Shown one piece after another: positions 37,901 to 53,192 of a stretch of DNA of 64,000 nucleotides. Both the position numbers and the translations under genes were made by a program. The notes beneath the pieces were generated by a model that saw only the letters and a list, made by a program, of their open reading frames with translations, searched no databases and had not been told where the DNA came from. Origin of the DNA: Lingula anatina (taxonomy: Eukaryota > Animalia > Brachiopoda); NCBI GenBank assembly GCA_051362555.1, contig CM120649.1:19172567-19236566 (forward strand), written 5' to 3'. How positions within the stretch are numbered: the stretch's first letter is position 1; every line of letters starts with the position of its first letter.

Positions 37901-40900
37901 ATCGTAATGATAATCCAATTAGAAACTGATAGACGCTGAAAAAAATTCCCACGTCCCTCGGGGGTTAAACAATAAAACCAAATGATAAACGATATTTTAA
38001 AACAACACGTTAAAAGCGGCGTGCTAACAGGCCTCAATGTGTGCTTTTTGTCGTTGTCTATCACTGTAAATGGCTGGAAATGGGATAATAGGGATCTGCT
38101 ACAAAATGGTCCAATTTTAAATTGAGTTTTCCATCCAGCCCGCTTGTGTACGTATAACACAATAAGACGGTTGATTATTGGAACCATTTCGTTTATTCTA
38201 TCCCTACTAAAAACGGGACTCACTTTTATTAGAACCGGCTGAATATATGCCGCTTCGTCCTGCCTGGCGCCTTTAGGATAACAAACGCGTTGCGTTCGCT
38301 CTGCGGAAGAGAAATCAGTAATTTGTAGCGTATTTTTCTACAGCAACTTTGCCACAACAAATATCAAGTTCTTGGGGCTATAGTAAATACAGCGAGTTGA
38401 ACCGTAGGCTGAACGACGTGGAGAGGTCACATGCAGGCAATTGCGCGGAGAGCGAGGAATGATACAGTGGCGAAAGCAACACTTGTCAATTTCTTCAACT
38501 CTAAATTGAGTTGTTACGTCCGATCTACGTGAGGTCCTGTTGGTTTTTCATTTTTTTTTTCTTTTTTTCTTCCTTTCTTTGGATTCTGTAACTCCTTTCA
38601 CGAAGAATTATCTCTGAGTTTCTGGATAATTTGGCCTCCGACGTGACGGTAAAGATCCACCCCTTGCTGGGGGGGTTTGTCTTAGATTCTCATTTCGAGG
38701 AAATACCTCGATGTCTTTGGACAAATTGCTAATTAGTATGATACTAGACCCGCGTCTCTTGCTGTGGGTATGTTATAAGTATTTACATGCGAGACACCTC
38801 TGAATACTTCATGGAAATAAACATTCGATATTATACCACAATCAGAATCAAACCCCTTGCTGTGAACTTCATTTATTTCAATCTTTTCTTCAAAGAAAGG
38901 GAGAGGGACAAAACATTCTCAAAAGTATGAAAAGGATTATTATTTTCAGACAGGTTTACCTACTGTGAATTTCCTAGAAAATAACAAAATGTCAAAAAGG
39001 AATTCAACTCTTTTCTTACTAGTACACATTTCTCATGGGATAAGAATCGGGCGTTTGCTCCAGTGATTCCAATTCTACATTTACTGAGAAAATATTGAAA
39101 CAGACGTGTCCGTAAGTTGACCTTTGATTCAGTCGATGTACACGTATCTTTATCTCAAATAAGGAAGATAACTCTCGGTGAAAACAGCACTGCTATCGCA
39201 GACCAGGAAGACGTTTTGACAGACTTCATGTATCTCTGTATTATTTTAGACTTGAAAGGGTTTGTCGCTTTGCAATTTACTGTTCTGGAAAAAAATTAAT
39301 CAGCGACTTCAGCCTACATAAGCATGTACCTGCTTAACCACTAAGCTTAATCCACTCTTATGAAATATAAGTATACCAAAAACAACAACTCGGCGATTAA
39401 TTTATTTGTATGATTAAAGCCACTAGATAAGTGAATTTCATTACACAAAAAATAATCCGAGGAAGCTTCCAAGTCAATAACTAACAACCAACAAGGAACA
39501 AAAGAAAAACAATAAGGACTTAACATAAACTAAAGAAGCAAAAGAACCCATGCTCCAGTCTTCGGATTACATTCGAGTCTCATCAAAGATAAAAGTCGTT
39601 ATCGAAAATCACGGCGAAGACATGTTACGTGATCGAATCCTCATCATTAATGACGACGAATAAACCGATTACGGTAACTCTCTTTGTGTTTCCCTGGTAC
39701 TTCATCCCCCAAAACTGCAGTCCAAGGTAACGATATGTATGCGGTATGTTTCAAGCAGCAAGAACTCTATTTGTACATATTGAACAGGTTAGTTTCCTGT
39801 ACATTGCCTGCTGAGAGATTACTCCAAAGTAACGAAAAGAACATCGACGGAGTCTACCCTTTGTGTCGGCTGTGTTCATTCTATTACATATCTCCGTAAT
39901 TATAGTCAGATACGGGGAGAGATACATTGAGAGAGAGAGAGAGAAAGAGAGAAAAAGCTCAGAAAATACATACAAATATATATTCATTAAATTATTTCTT
40001 CTGAAATATTGTCTTCTCAGAAAACACGTAAAATACATTTCAGAAATTGTTTTGACACAAGATTCCGCGAGATCTCAGCAACCCGCAGTTTACCAAAGTT
40101 TTGCAATTTAATTTCCTTGGACCTCAAACCGCGACGTCCTCTCTGATTTCGCCCTGCATTGACACCAAGCGCTGCTGCCGAACGCTGAAATACAATTACG
40201 ATGCTGTTTATTATTCAATGACAAGAACTGATTTGCATAATTTTAATTTCTGGACTTTGCACATCCGACAATCTGTCAAAGGGTCGAGAGTGATCAGTCA
40301 ACGCCTGCTTGATGCACTTTTGGAAACGCAGTGAAGAAGCAAGAAAGAGGGGTTAAGATAACATGCTGCTTCATTTTTGTAAGCCTAGCCGATATAATGT
40401 TTAATAGACTTTTAATAAAACATATTTACAGATTAACAAAGATTGACAAGAACTCGTATTTACTTTGGTGTGCACTAATTTCAATATTTGTTTTGAATTT
40501 TTTTTAACAGAACTACAAGATTTAAAATGTTTAACAATATCAAAAATGTTACTTTTAATTTTTTAATTTTTTACCCGCGTTAGGCCTTTTTTATTAATGA
40601 AAACAACATTATATATATTTTTTTTTTACAATAAATAAAATCCATGAATTGGAAAAAAATGCCTAATTTAAAAAATTAAGAAAATTGCCCCGTCTGTTTC
40701 CAAAACGCGCCGTATGCTTAACTTGGCCAACTATGCACAAAACTAATAAGATTATGAAGAAGATATAAGGTTTACTTTCATAATGTCACTGAGGATGAAA
40801 TCCAACACCTTCATTATAAACTTCGATGATCTGGGACATCTTCTTATCTGCGTTAACAAAATCAAGCCGTTGTTTCCAGTATAAGCCTCGCGTTTTGCAA

Positions 40901-41009
40901 CATAATCGGAAACCTTGGCAATAACGCTGCTCTCGTACAGATAACCCCAGCGTGCCGTGTTCTCTCGCGACATCAAAGAGCGCGCGACAGCTACGTCACC
41001 ACGGGGCTT

Positions 41010-41019
41010 CCTTATATGG
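41010..41019. promoter_or_regulatory. CArG box (SRF site) CCTTATATGG
   Basis: Exact CC(A/T)6GG beside a CRE-like ACGTCA and a TCF-type ATCAAAG. Confidence 0.45.
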
Positions 41020-44000
41020 CTAAGCCGCTTTCTTGGAGAGCGATTTACCGGGAGTTTTGAGAAGACATCTGATTAATTATGTTCTATTTCTGAAAAGTTT
41101 TGATAAGCGTTTTTATGAGTGAGTAATGGATAATAAAAGGAGGAAACAATGCCCGCGAAGTCCGTGCTTTCAGGGCAGGTGAAAGGCGAGAAAGCTTATC
41201 AAGGTTTGCATAATTAAGACTTTCTCGCCTTTCCTTGATTAGAAATAAATGAAAAGAGAAAAAAAGAACTGATTGAAAAGAGGCAGAACTGTCTGACTTG
41301 TTCAGCCCACCATGAAGGATTGCAATGAAATTTCTCTGTTCGTCTCTCCTCTACGCCTTATCAAAGCCACGCAATATTCCCCAGTATTATGGATAATTAG
41401 AATTTTATCACAATTTTAGAATTAATGGGCAGAATATTACAAAAGAAATTACATCGTAGTATTCATATCCTTATGTCTTTTTCTATAGTGTGTGTGTGTG
41501 TGTGTGTGTGTGTTTTGTTTGTTTGTTTGTTTGTTTGTGTGAGCGCTTTTTTTTATGCACAAAGCCCAATGTTAAAATTGTTTAAGCCGATAATACGTAC
41601 CGTTAAGATCGGCTAGTAAAATAATTGCCAAAAAATCAAGTTTAAACCCATCTAAGGATCATTTCGTACTCTCTGAGAGTTATCATGTAATTTTTTTCTT
41701 TGGCCATTAAACCTCATGAGACGTTATCAATGAAATTTGAATCCAATTTCGGAAAAAAAAACAAATATGTGCTTCCTTCTGCAATGATTTTGGAACGTGA
41801 CATTGTGAATTAGAATAAATAAATGCTCAGTCTCATGTACAGAAATGAACAAAAAACGATGCTCCAACTTCAGGTCAAAATGTTGTGTATTAATTTTCTT
41901 TATTTTGGACAAATTGATTCAACAATTTCATTGCCTAGTTGCAGCAAATATTTATTTAGCATATTCAGGCAGCGTTTCGATATCGTATAATATCTGTTTG
42001 CAGACGAATCTACGGGGGTTTCTCTTTTTCTCCACATTCGGTAATGAATAGTGTGTTTATTTAAGCGGTCCCATCTTCCCGTTTTCTGAATGTTAACTTT
42101 ACCTTTCCTATTGACACCTCTTATTTTTTAATTATAAAACAAATGCTCGACCGATCTTTCTAAAAGTTAGCTTTTTTAAACTCTAGGACACGTGTTTCAG
42201 CATTTTGTTTCAACTTTACCCGATTTTCACTTCCAAATTTCATCAAAATTATTCCTTCATAATTTTTTTCCATGCGTCCATTCATTCAAACATCCCGTGG
42301 CGTGTCATTGTTGTCCTCTGTCATCTTCTACTGTCACTGACTCGTTTCATCTTTGCGACTTTTCATTGCATTCTACCTCATTTACGCATGCGCTGAAGCG
42401 AATGAAAAAACATCATCAAATCCCAGCGTGGCGCGGGCACCGTATGGCGATTTAATAAAAACTGTCATCAAAGCATTGTTCACTATCACAACTTAACAAA
42501 AATTTAAAATTTCAATAATGTCGAGAGGCAAACATTAGACCGAGAATATGAGGCGACAAAATTAGATAGATCACAAGCCGAGTAAATCGAGCGAGCAATC
42601 ATTTCTCGGCACGCGCGAGGCGTTCTTGCCACACGGAGTTTCCCGCTAACTTTGGGACAAAACTGACGCTTTTCCAATCACTCTGCATCTGTTCCTTAGG
42701 AAACAGTTGATAGCAACATAAACGGCAGCCACTGTGAGGTGCATTAATTAAAAGATGATGAAAAATTATTATATTTAATAAACACAAACCCCCAGTTGCG
42801 TGAGGAGGAAGAGACAAACGGTTTTGTAATTCTTGACGCCGAGGGTGACTTGCGGTGATTTCGATATCGCTGACTGGTTTGAGAGCTGATGTATGTAAAA
42901 TCTTGACACATGCAACATCAAACGTTTGAAGAAATTATGAAGCATTTATAGTATTTTTATTGCAACTTTTGACACCAAAAAGTAATCCTCCAGATCTGAC
43001 GGATGTTTTTTTAATTATTATTTTGATTTGATAATTGCTTGCCAATTGTACGATTATTTTTTGGTTTGTTTTTCTTTATTTTTGCAAGAATATTTTCAAA
43101 TATTATTTTAAGTGCAAATAATTTTCACCAGAATGAAAATGTGAACAGTAAGTCAGAGGTTTCTACCACAAAAACTTAAAATTTCCTTGGTCGCTCTTTT
43201 TATTTTATTCTATCTTTTATTTATTTGTTTATTTATTTATTTATTTAGATATTCAGTTGATCGCAATGACAAAAAGGTTATCGAGAAAAAATATAATGGA
43301 AGATACAGATAGACTCAGAAAATATTAGCAGGTATTTTTTCACCAGTTTGCTTTCAAAATAAATGTAACTCCTGCTCTGGTCGCCTGGCTTCCAGGCTCG
43401 TAAGACAAATGAACGCCCTTCAAAAGACTGCACCTGAAATGAAGATCTTTTACTTTTTAAATACTGAATGAACCGCGTCTCCTGGGACACATACAGACGA
43501 CTAAATTGGAGAAAGAGGAGAGCTGAAGTCAATACCATATTTTTGTTATTGATACTCAGTGGATGTTCAATCTCAGTTAGACAATCATACAAAAGGATAA
43601 AAATGGACACAATCTCCACGGGATTTCAACGGCTGAGAACGCTGGAGGTGTCATTCATATTTTTGGGTGGACGCTTGCTGCTAGAAACTAAGGACTCAGT
43701 GACGGCTGCGGCAGGGATATCAAAGTATTAAAATATCGATGATACGAAATGATGCAAAGAGTCTTGGGCTGGAGACAATATTTGATTTTTAACCATGCTT
43801 CAACCGACTGTAAAGAATTTTAAGACATATATAATTGCGTGCGACCCTTTAAATCAGACTTAAGCGTTCATGTGGTCAACGCTACATTGTCCACGCCTCT
43901 GCCTTAATTACGTGTCCTGTGCGTGCACTGAATGACCCCCGGGTGTAACTTGACCACTGCCCGGTGCATTAAGTCCACTTGACCAGCACCCCTTAAGCCT

Positions 44001-47000
44001 CCTGACTGACCGGGGCCGCGTCCAGTGCGGTCGCGGCACAACACCCTGCGTGACTGGGGCGACAAATGTCTTCACACACGCTATGTGTAGACTTAAGGTT
44101 ATGTCGTGCTCGTTTTCCTTAGAATTTTCTATACCTGGTCAACGTTGAGTGATGACTTTATTCACGATAAAGTAACGCTGTCCCTTTTGGTGACTGTGGT
44201 ATTGTAGACTGTTACTCGCTGTTGTTGTTAATACTTTACTGAAACACAGACTTGCAACTCACTTTTAATGTGAGAGTTATTTATTCAGAAAGACAAAAAA
44301 CAAGACAAATCTTTACGGCTGGGCTGTCACCTGTTTTAGTTCGTTCTACCTGGTCTTTTATACTGAATTTTTTGTAATGAGTTGCACCGTGTTCATGGGC
44401 AGGTAAAATAATACACGGACAATCAGAAAATGTTCTACGTTTTGCATATCAGTCCTATTTTCCATTTTCTTAATTCAATATTGTTTATTAAATTCATATC
44501 GTTTATACTTTCTCCTCCCCTCCCTTTTCACGGTTTTCATTGCTTTTCACTTATTATTGTCACTTTCTCTTTTTTTACATTTTCTTACTTTTTGTTGATC
44601 TCCCTCACTCGCACGCATGTGCTTAAAAACACACACGTGCGCTCGCGATCGCGCGTTTGCAAGTCGTCACCTTCTGTGCTGACCAATCTGGGCATATTCT
44701 AGGGCTGTGATTAGCGTCGTCAATCCACCGGAAGCCATATGTCAGGAATGGTGCGATATTAACTGACTATTGATTTCTGTTTTTTATCTGCTAATAATCC
44801 CGCAGCTACAAGAGATTAGATGAGAGGGTCTAAAGTGTGTACCGAAACGTATTAAACAACATTGGGGGGGGGGGGGAGCTGACAGCGATTTTTGTGGAGA
44901 GAAAGGATGAATGAAACGAAGAAATATTATAAGAAAAAAATTAAATAGTAGATACAAAGAAAGATAAGAAAGCACGTGTATTTATACAAATCAATTCAAA
45001 TCAAATTGGTGCCAAAACAAGGCAGGATTTCTTTAAAAGAGTTATGAAAATGTTTCGTCAAAATAACGTCACATGAAGGCAGTATGTAGCATGGATCAGG
45101 CTCTCAGTGTAGGGGTGAGTGACGGAGACTCCTGCTAATAATTTGACAGCATAGCAAGCAAATACTTGCACCTGCAGATTGGGTCAGAATTAACTAGGAC
45201 AGACTCAGAAATTCCTCCAAGTTTGATTGGAGTCAAGTTGGAACGCGTAGCCGTGTAAGCTGTCACTCGGCGTTCCTGTGAGTCGGCCGCCCTGATGTAA
45301 GATTGCAGCTGTGAACGCTGTAACCTTTTAACGCCTGTGAGAGCGCGAGATGTTTCGTGCACGTGTGCGTGTTGAAGTGATGACAGGATTTTCCATATAT
45401 GCGAACGCGCGGTAATTTCCGAGTTAGTGTGCGTGTGTTCAGTGTTCAATGTTTTTGTCATATGTTGCTGCACGTGTTGTTCCATGCACGTGCGCGCGTG
45501 TATTCGCGATAGATTTAGCAGCTGCTCCACCTTGCATGGATGTGCTTACTGATAATTGTTGACTGAACTAACTTTGCAATGGGGGATGTCCACGGGTTGC
45601 GGTTTGTGTTTGGGTTTGGGACAAAGCAAGATGGCCTAGTTAACTGTGCTAACATTTCTGTAAATGTAGGCGTTGACCATATATTTTTATTGTCTGGAAA
45701 ATTTTACGATTTAATCAAATATTTGCTAATGTTTATATAAAATGATGTGAATATGTAATAATATTTTAAAGAAATGATGCTCTATTTTTTTTTCACGCAA
45801 AGGATGAAATTCTTGAATAAAGAAATATTTTTTCAAACCGAGACAGTTTCCAATATTAAAGGATCGTTGAACATCTCAGGCTCTTATTATGAAACAAGAT
45901 TCAACATTCCTAGATCTGTAAGAAATTAATCCTGGATATTTTCACCGCATTCCTCCAATTATTAACTCTTGTACATGACGTTGCTCTACAAGCAGTTGAT
46001 TTATAATTGCCTTGGCGTGCTCAGCATTTTCTTTTTTATTCAGCTGTTTTCTCGTGTTACATCTCCGTCTACTCTGTTTTGCTACGTGTACATTGAACAC
46101 AAAAAAAACGATGCATGATATGCTATGCCATCACGAAATCAAAAGAGAGCGTTCATCTTATATGGTCTTTATGTTCCTCACGGACATAATGTGCCCCATA
46201 TTCATTGTTTCATTTATCTGTATTGGAAAATTATATCGCACAATTCGGGCATGTATGAGCGCACGTTTGCTATAAAAGGAAAGCCATACGCCTACGAGAC
46301 TTAAATTCTATCGTTTTTATATATTTTCTCATTATTGCACTTTCTATTTCTGCTAATATCCGTTCGTCTCAAATATTTCCTGAGCACTTAAAAGATACTT
46401 AGAATAGGTGGGTTATGAGTGAATTAACTAGGCTCGTCATTCCAGCACATTCACTTCGCCCACCTCTCCACTTTTATACCAGTTATAATTCATGCGGGCA
46501 CTAGCAACTTTCTGTCACATTGTACTAGACGTCCTTGTCAGCGACGCTCTAAATCTCGCGTGAGAGAACGAGAGTTTTCGAAATATACGACAGTGCAGCA
46601 AAACATAACGTCCCTTTATGTCTGTTTTGAAATTATTTTTGCTATTTCGTTTGTAAGTCTACATCTAGGCCCTCTGTCTGTTAAAAGAAAAAATTCCGTT
46701 ATTCTGAAAGTTAACAGAAAAAAACGTGGTAACATAACTAAAGTATGTTCTCAGAAATTGCCAGTTGTCGCTGGGCTGGTATGAACATGGAACAGTTGAG
46801 AAAAAAACTGGCGTTACTATGACGTCATTCATCTAACTCACACAATTAAATAAAAAGTAGACACAAACCAGAAAAGCAATAGGTCTTGAATGGTAATTTA
46901 TGAAAACAGATAATGTAATGTCATTTGTCATAATACACATCTGTGATTGACATAAGTTGATGATTTCTAACTGTCTTTACTGACAAAAATGAACAGACGG

Positions 47001-48989
47001 CGGGGAGCGGAACGACCGCCACGGTCAATATTTACTGTACCGTATAATGTATCGTATTTATTTTATTTGAACTGACTTCACATGGGGAGTTACCTGGAGT
47101 TCACAGTTATTGTCATATTTGCAGCAAGAAATTAAGTTGCGTCCAAAAATACAAATAATAATCTTGAAGAAATATATCGAATTCTATTTTTTTCGGCTTA
47201 AAAATATTTAACGTTAACTCATTAATGTATCGCTCCAAGGTCAATTTATTATGGCTACACGTATGAGCCTTGCCTTGGAAATATACACAGCAGCATTTAA
47301 AAAAAGCAAATTAGGAAAATACACGTGGAATGTTTTAATAGAAAGGATTAGACTGGACAAGTTGAGAGTGAATTAAGAGAGTAGGGTACAAGAAGTAAAT
47401 TGACCGGGTCGAACTCTCCCACCTTTAAAACAACATAAGTTCCGTGCCCTCGACTATTTTCCTGACACTTGGTTTATTTATTGTTACTCAGGTTTGCTTG
47501 GATAGCTAATGGCACGGAGGGGAGGCAGGGTCTTACTTGTATAGAGAACAAGCCATCTTCTGTGGATATATGGTCTAATATTTAGTAACATTGGCAGAAC
47601 ATAGAACTCGCTTGGCAGCTCTCTATTTTTAAACACACTCTCCGGTGTTTATTTTTTCTTTAGCTTTTTTCCTGAATTTTTCTTTTACTTCCTTTCTGCT
47701 GTTGCTACGTTCCTCGTGGTCACTTTGTGATTAGAAAAAAGGTAGTACGATTCAATTTTGGATAAATTTTTGATTTGTTCAGTAAGTCGTACTATTAACC
47801 CTGGATTCAGCGTCTTCTACGTCTTCTTTATGTGAGAATTTTGCAATCTGACCATTAACTGTGTATGGACACCTCCCTCTGTAATCTATTTGTTGAACAA
47901 AGCACTTGTTTTGACGCAAACATTCAGCTTGAATTGCCATCGAAGATGAATCCCCCGCTATCTCCGTGCTTACATATAACGTAACTCTGTTAATCCAACA
48001 TGGTGTTTACATCAACAAATCTTGGCGAAATAACTGTATCTTCTATAAAATCACACTGACCAGTGCCGACTTACACTCTCTGCGTGACTGTGAAGTTACG
48101 TTATCCAACGAACGCTTCTCCACACGAAATTGGAAAAATGTACAGAATTGATAGGCAAGGTGGGGGCTTACACTGTGCTTTTACATAACGAAGACAGCGT
48201 TTAATTTAGACTCATCTTTTTCACAGTGGTATGGCTAAGACTGGCAGGCGTTCTAATAGACCAACAAACAGTAGATGTTAGATAATGCAATAAATACTTC
48301 AGTTTGGCCAAAACACTTATCAGGTTGTTTTTCTTTTTTTGTTTCTTTCGACTTTTTTACCTTTTTTAAGTGAGATTTTCACATAATTAAACCATGACTT
48401 TCACATAGCATTGTTGGTATTCGGAATAATTCAAAATCACAACCGAGTTATTATAACTCGTATTTAAAAAAAAACAATTCATACTTCTCTCCTTAAACAA
48501 TTTTTAACGGGTCTCTCCGTTTGCACCACTTCTACTTATCTTCAGAATATCTATCAACCCCAGTAGAACGGACAGAGGTTGATTTTAAGATATTTTAAAA
48601 CCAATATTAACACGAAAAAATGGAAAAAAATCAACAAAAAATTCAGCTCAACATCATATCGGAAATCGACAAATTAAGAATATATGTTCAAACAATGTGA
48701 TGTTACAGGCGTCCTATATGACTGTTATATTAACATATCTAATATGAATGATGTTACAAACACCTTAACGTGGATAGGTTTTGACATATTTGGATATGAA
48801 TTTTAACAAATTTTCTGATTGTGAGAATAATATGCACTAAGGCTATAGACAAATATTTCACTTCATATTCTGTGTTAGTCAAGATCCCCACTGGAGAGAT
48901 AAAACGTCTAGTAAATTCAACATTTATAAGCATGTTGATAGGCCAGATGTTGGTACTCATTTATGCCCAACATTTGTTTAGTTTTCTTC

Positions 48990-48992
<3 letters not shown>

Positions 48993-49044
<52 letters not shown>
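48993..49044. repeat. (CT)n microsatellite
   Basis: Direct reading. Confidence 0.95.
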
Positions 49045-49048
<4 letters not shown>

Positions 49049-50528
49049 ATAGTTGTATTTATTTGTTTGTTTTGTTTTTTATTATTCTTTATTTATTTTG
49101 TTTTTTTTTTTTTTTTAACTTTGTCGGTGAAGGGACGAAAGCATACATGGTCTTCCAAGGATAATGCGCTGACAATAGTCCATGCCATTATAATGCCATT
49201 ATGTAGATTTTTCATCGTCTTCAGTGAAATAGCGCGCAAAATCAAAGTAGGAAATCTAATAATACCGAGGTCCACAAGGGACTAGTTGAGTTTATTATCC
49301 GTGTCCAAAAGGTATGAATTACATTCTTAATAAAGAAAACCCCGCCTCTTGATCACTGCTTAATCTCACTGGGATGTAAACAGGCACATCTCAAGAGCAC
49401 TTGCCTTGTAAGATAGCGTGTAAATAGAATTAGAAATAATTAATGAAATTATGCAGTCCGCGGTGATAGTTACAGATTGAGCGCCGAGCAAGTAATCTGC
49501 CTTTCACCCAGTTGCCTTCGACGCTCTGTTTCTGATGGGCCAGAGGCAACTGAGACCAATTGATAACCGGCAATATGCGATCTGGTGGTAATTCGCTAAT
49601 TGATCAATAGAACTCCAAGAGTGCTATTAAAGGTCGTTAAAATTTACGCGATTATGAAATCGGAGACAGCGAGACACCTTTTACCTTTTCACGAGCGAAG
49701 CTGACAGGCCAATTTCCACTCCCCGCCATCTGTTCCTCAATGGATCCGTCAAGAAGCCCCCCAGTTTGTGGTGTTTGCAAAGAAAGAAAGAACGTCTTAG
49801 CAGGCCAGGGTTCGAACAGTTTTTGTGTCTGAAATAACGCCCCCTTCAGAAGAATTCACCCCCTTGTCTTTGTGCAGCCACTTGTTCATCTAACACGTAG
49901 GTTTGATTTGCCTAAGCTTGTTGCTGCTCCCTTTGTCGCTTATGGTAATAACATTAGCACAGGTCACCATTTTCTGTCCACTTTAAAGTTACAATTTTAA
50001 CTCTCTTGAGAGATTGGTTTTTACAGTTGAAAAATATGGTTTGCAAACTACACAAAAACAAACCTTTCTCGTCATAAAGAATTGGAAAAGATCATAGATA
50101 ATACAATATCAAAATAAATGTTAATTTCAACTGACGTACTAAAATGAATTTGTCTTTATTTACTTTAACGATAGACATGTAAATCAGAAGTGATCGCAAA
50201 TGACATGATATTTTTTCTACAGGAAATGTTTTAATTCGATAAGGGTGAACAGGGCGCCTACTTCAAATTTATAATATTGAGATGTAATTTATCAATTCCT
50301 CTTGTGGTTTAATCTGAGCAAACAAAAAATCACTTGAAAACTGAATGGTTTTGACATTGTATTTCTTATATTTATATACTGCTTCATGGGGACCCTACAT
50401 ACGCGAGCAGATCCTAGATTTCTCTTACGGATCAAAGATAGTGATGTATTTCTCAATTCCATCTACACAAATTCCTTGAAAAAGAAAGATATTTGCTCCC
50501 CCTACCCTCTCTCCAACCCCCCCCCCCC

Positions 50529-50562
<34 letters not shown>

Positions 50563-52070
50563 GGCTATAAGCTCACGGGTTTACAAACGTATTAGTCATT
50601 ATCAAAATCAGAGAAAAACTACACTTATAATATTGTCTTACCATGCGTGACGGTGGGCATTTCAGTTTTAGCAACAAAATTAAAGTTTCTCTTTAAAATG
50701 AGAGAACAACATGTAAAGTGATGCACTATGCAGGATAGATCCCTAAGGCAGTCAGAAAACAAGAAAATCCAATTAATGGATCCGAGACCTGCTTTTTTCT
50801 TGTGACGTTAACTATCCGCGTCATTTTGCGCTCTGTCGACTTCTTTTAATGTTGACATTGTAGTCAAAACTAAACTTGAGCTGAATGTTTGGGCAACAAT
50901 ACAATGATGTATTGGAATTGGGAAGCACATCTCAAAATGTAGCTGCTGTGTAAATATTGAAAATATATGTCCTAGTCTGTCTTTTTTATCAAGTCAGACA
51001 GCTACTCGTCAAAACTGAAATCGCCCTTTTTAATCAAAATTAAAATGCACGGTAAGAATGATAATCTGCGGTAGGTGTCTTTGATAAAAATGGTTTAATT
51101 GGTCGAACGAAACAGTTCTCAAAAGCAATCACGTTAGCAGGAGAGAATGACTAGAAAATGTTTCAGCGTCAAGGACTTAATACTACAACCAAAGCCCCTT
51201 GTCTTTCATACGGCCCCGGGCACACGAAATACCCAATAAACTATCAAAAATGTTACATTACCCGATTGGTGCGGCGCTGGTGTAGCACCTGAGGCGTTGG
51301 TCTCTGAGAAGCAAGCCAGAACTTCCAGACAAGCCGACAACAGGTGCTCTGTTAATTGGGCGGAACCAGATAGCTTGTTAGTCTAATCAAGTGGCTGGGC
51401 TCGGGTGCTGGCAACATTGATGGTATTACATAAGGGGGCAGGTCCAGAACCCAACTTGTACCTGTAAGAATGTCTAGAATTTCTTCTCTATGTGAACTCT
51501 GACTCTGGTTCATTATCCAGAAAATGTCTGTGGATTTCTCGCCTGTTTTGAAGAAATTCCAAGCAAAATTGGCCTGATATTTTTGCATGTTGGTATGTTG
51601 TTGTATCGGTGTATCATATTCGTTTGAAAACTACCAAACATATGTGAGATTATAAAAGACGGAGTAATGTCAAAGGATCTGTATTCTATTTTTTTATCTT
51701 TTCACGGTGCCATTAGTTTTCTATGTAAAGCTAATACTGAAGAATCGAAATAAACGGAACTTGCACAGTCAATTTCCCAATAATTCGTCTCTACGTAACT
51801 TGATCTTGATTTGGGGCTGGATAGAGATCTTACCTTCTAGCAGCGATGTCGGCGAATGTATCTTTCTAGCACAGGTCAAATAATTGCATTTGTCTGTGGT
51901 GCAAGCCGCAGACTGTTTCGTTGTTGCCTTGAGCTGAAAAAGATCTAATTTGGTTCAGTTTGGCGAAGGCCGTGGTTAAAATGGAGAATAGTCTAAACCT
52001 GTGCTATACTATGTATTTCCTCCCCCGACGTTCCCTCTCCCCCCCCCACCCCCCCCTCTCTCTTTCTCTC

Positions 52071-52107
<37 letters not shown>

Positions 52108-53192
52108 CCACACAAACATTGGCATTAATAAACTGATAATGAACTGCCTCGTTTAAGCACGGAGACATGGTCAAAACAACGTTAGCAAAAATTAGGATAA
52201 TTTCTTGTGTAACAGCGGCCCTTGTTAAGGAAACAAAAACCTGCCAAAGCATATAACGAATGTTTGGGTTATTTGACGGTTAGGATCCATGGTGTCTAGC
52301 GTCTACCAGGAAGGGTTGTTTTTGTCGTAACTCTGTTTTCGACGGATAACTTGTTATTTATACACACAACTGTTGCTTACCTAACCTGTGTGTTTACCCA
52401 TATAAACTGTAGACGCTATATAGCCGGGGGCGGGGGGGGGGGGCACTCGTATAAATTCATCCATCACTCAGTTTCATTGTCTGACATTTTAATGTTCTAT
52501 CAAACTTTAATCAACTATGTTCCCATAATAAAGAATATATAGAAACAAGCATGTTAATTTGATCAGACGTTAGCTGAAATGCATCTAAAATGGCTCAGTA
52601 CTACAAGTGTTAGCGGTCACTGTATGTGGAAGCATATACAAAATATTTTTGTCAAAAAGTAAGGGTTCCCATTGCAATACAGAAAACGATAAATACTATA
52701 TATAAAGTTTCTGTCTTAGATTATAAAGCAGCACTAAGCATTCACAACCTCCGTGAAAATCAAAATAACGAATAAGGAAAATAACCTTGCCAATGAATAC
52801 CATGAATTATGTCAGGTGACATAATTAAAACATTTTCCAGACTTCTTAGAAAATAACTGTTATCAATAAAATGTCAACAACAATTTTCACTTTATCCAAG
52901 GGATTAGTATTTATATAGGAATATGTACCAAATGAGCTTTGTTATACTTTTACAAATGCGCTTATCTGCATGTTTCTCTATCTTTTGTGCCATTCACTTA
53001 TTTTTGTACCTATTATTCTATTTTATCATATTTGATTCCATGTTCTTTCATCATGTGTATTTATTTATTTATTTATTTATTTATTGTGTATCTTGTCACT
53101 ACAGAGTATAGGGCGTTGGTTACATTAGTCTGTGTACTGTGAAGAAACTCCACCTGTCTCTTACGAAGTTTGTTATCTTCCTCTCCGCTGCA

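Noticed and set aside
43278-43731. Possible coding or transposon remnants (also 51352-51588, 54563-54862, 57669-57944, 62494-62880)
   Set aside because: No recognisable domain motif or consistent splice sites in any frame I read; a translated homology search would be needed
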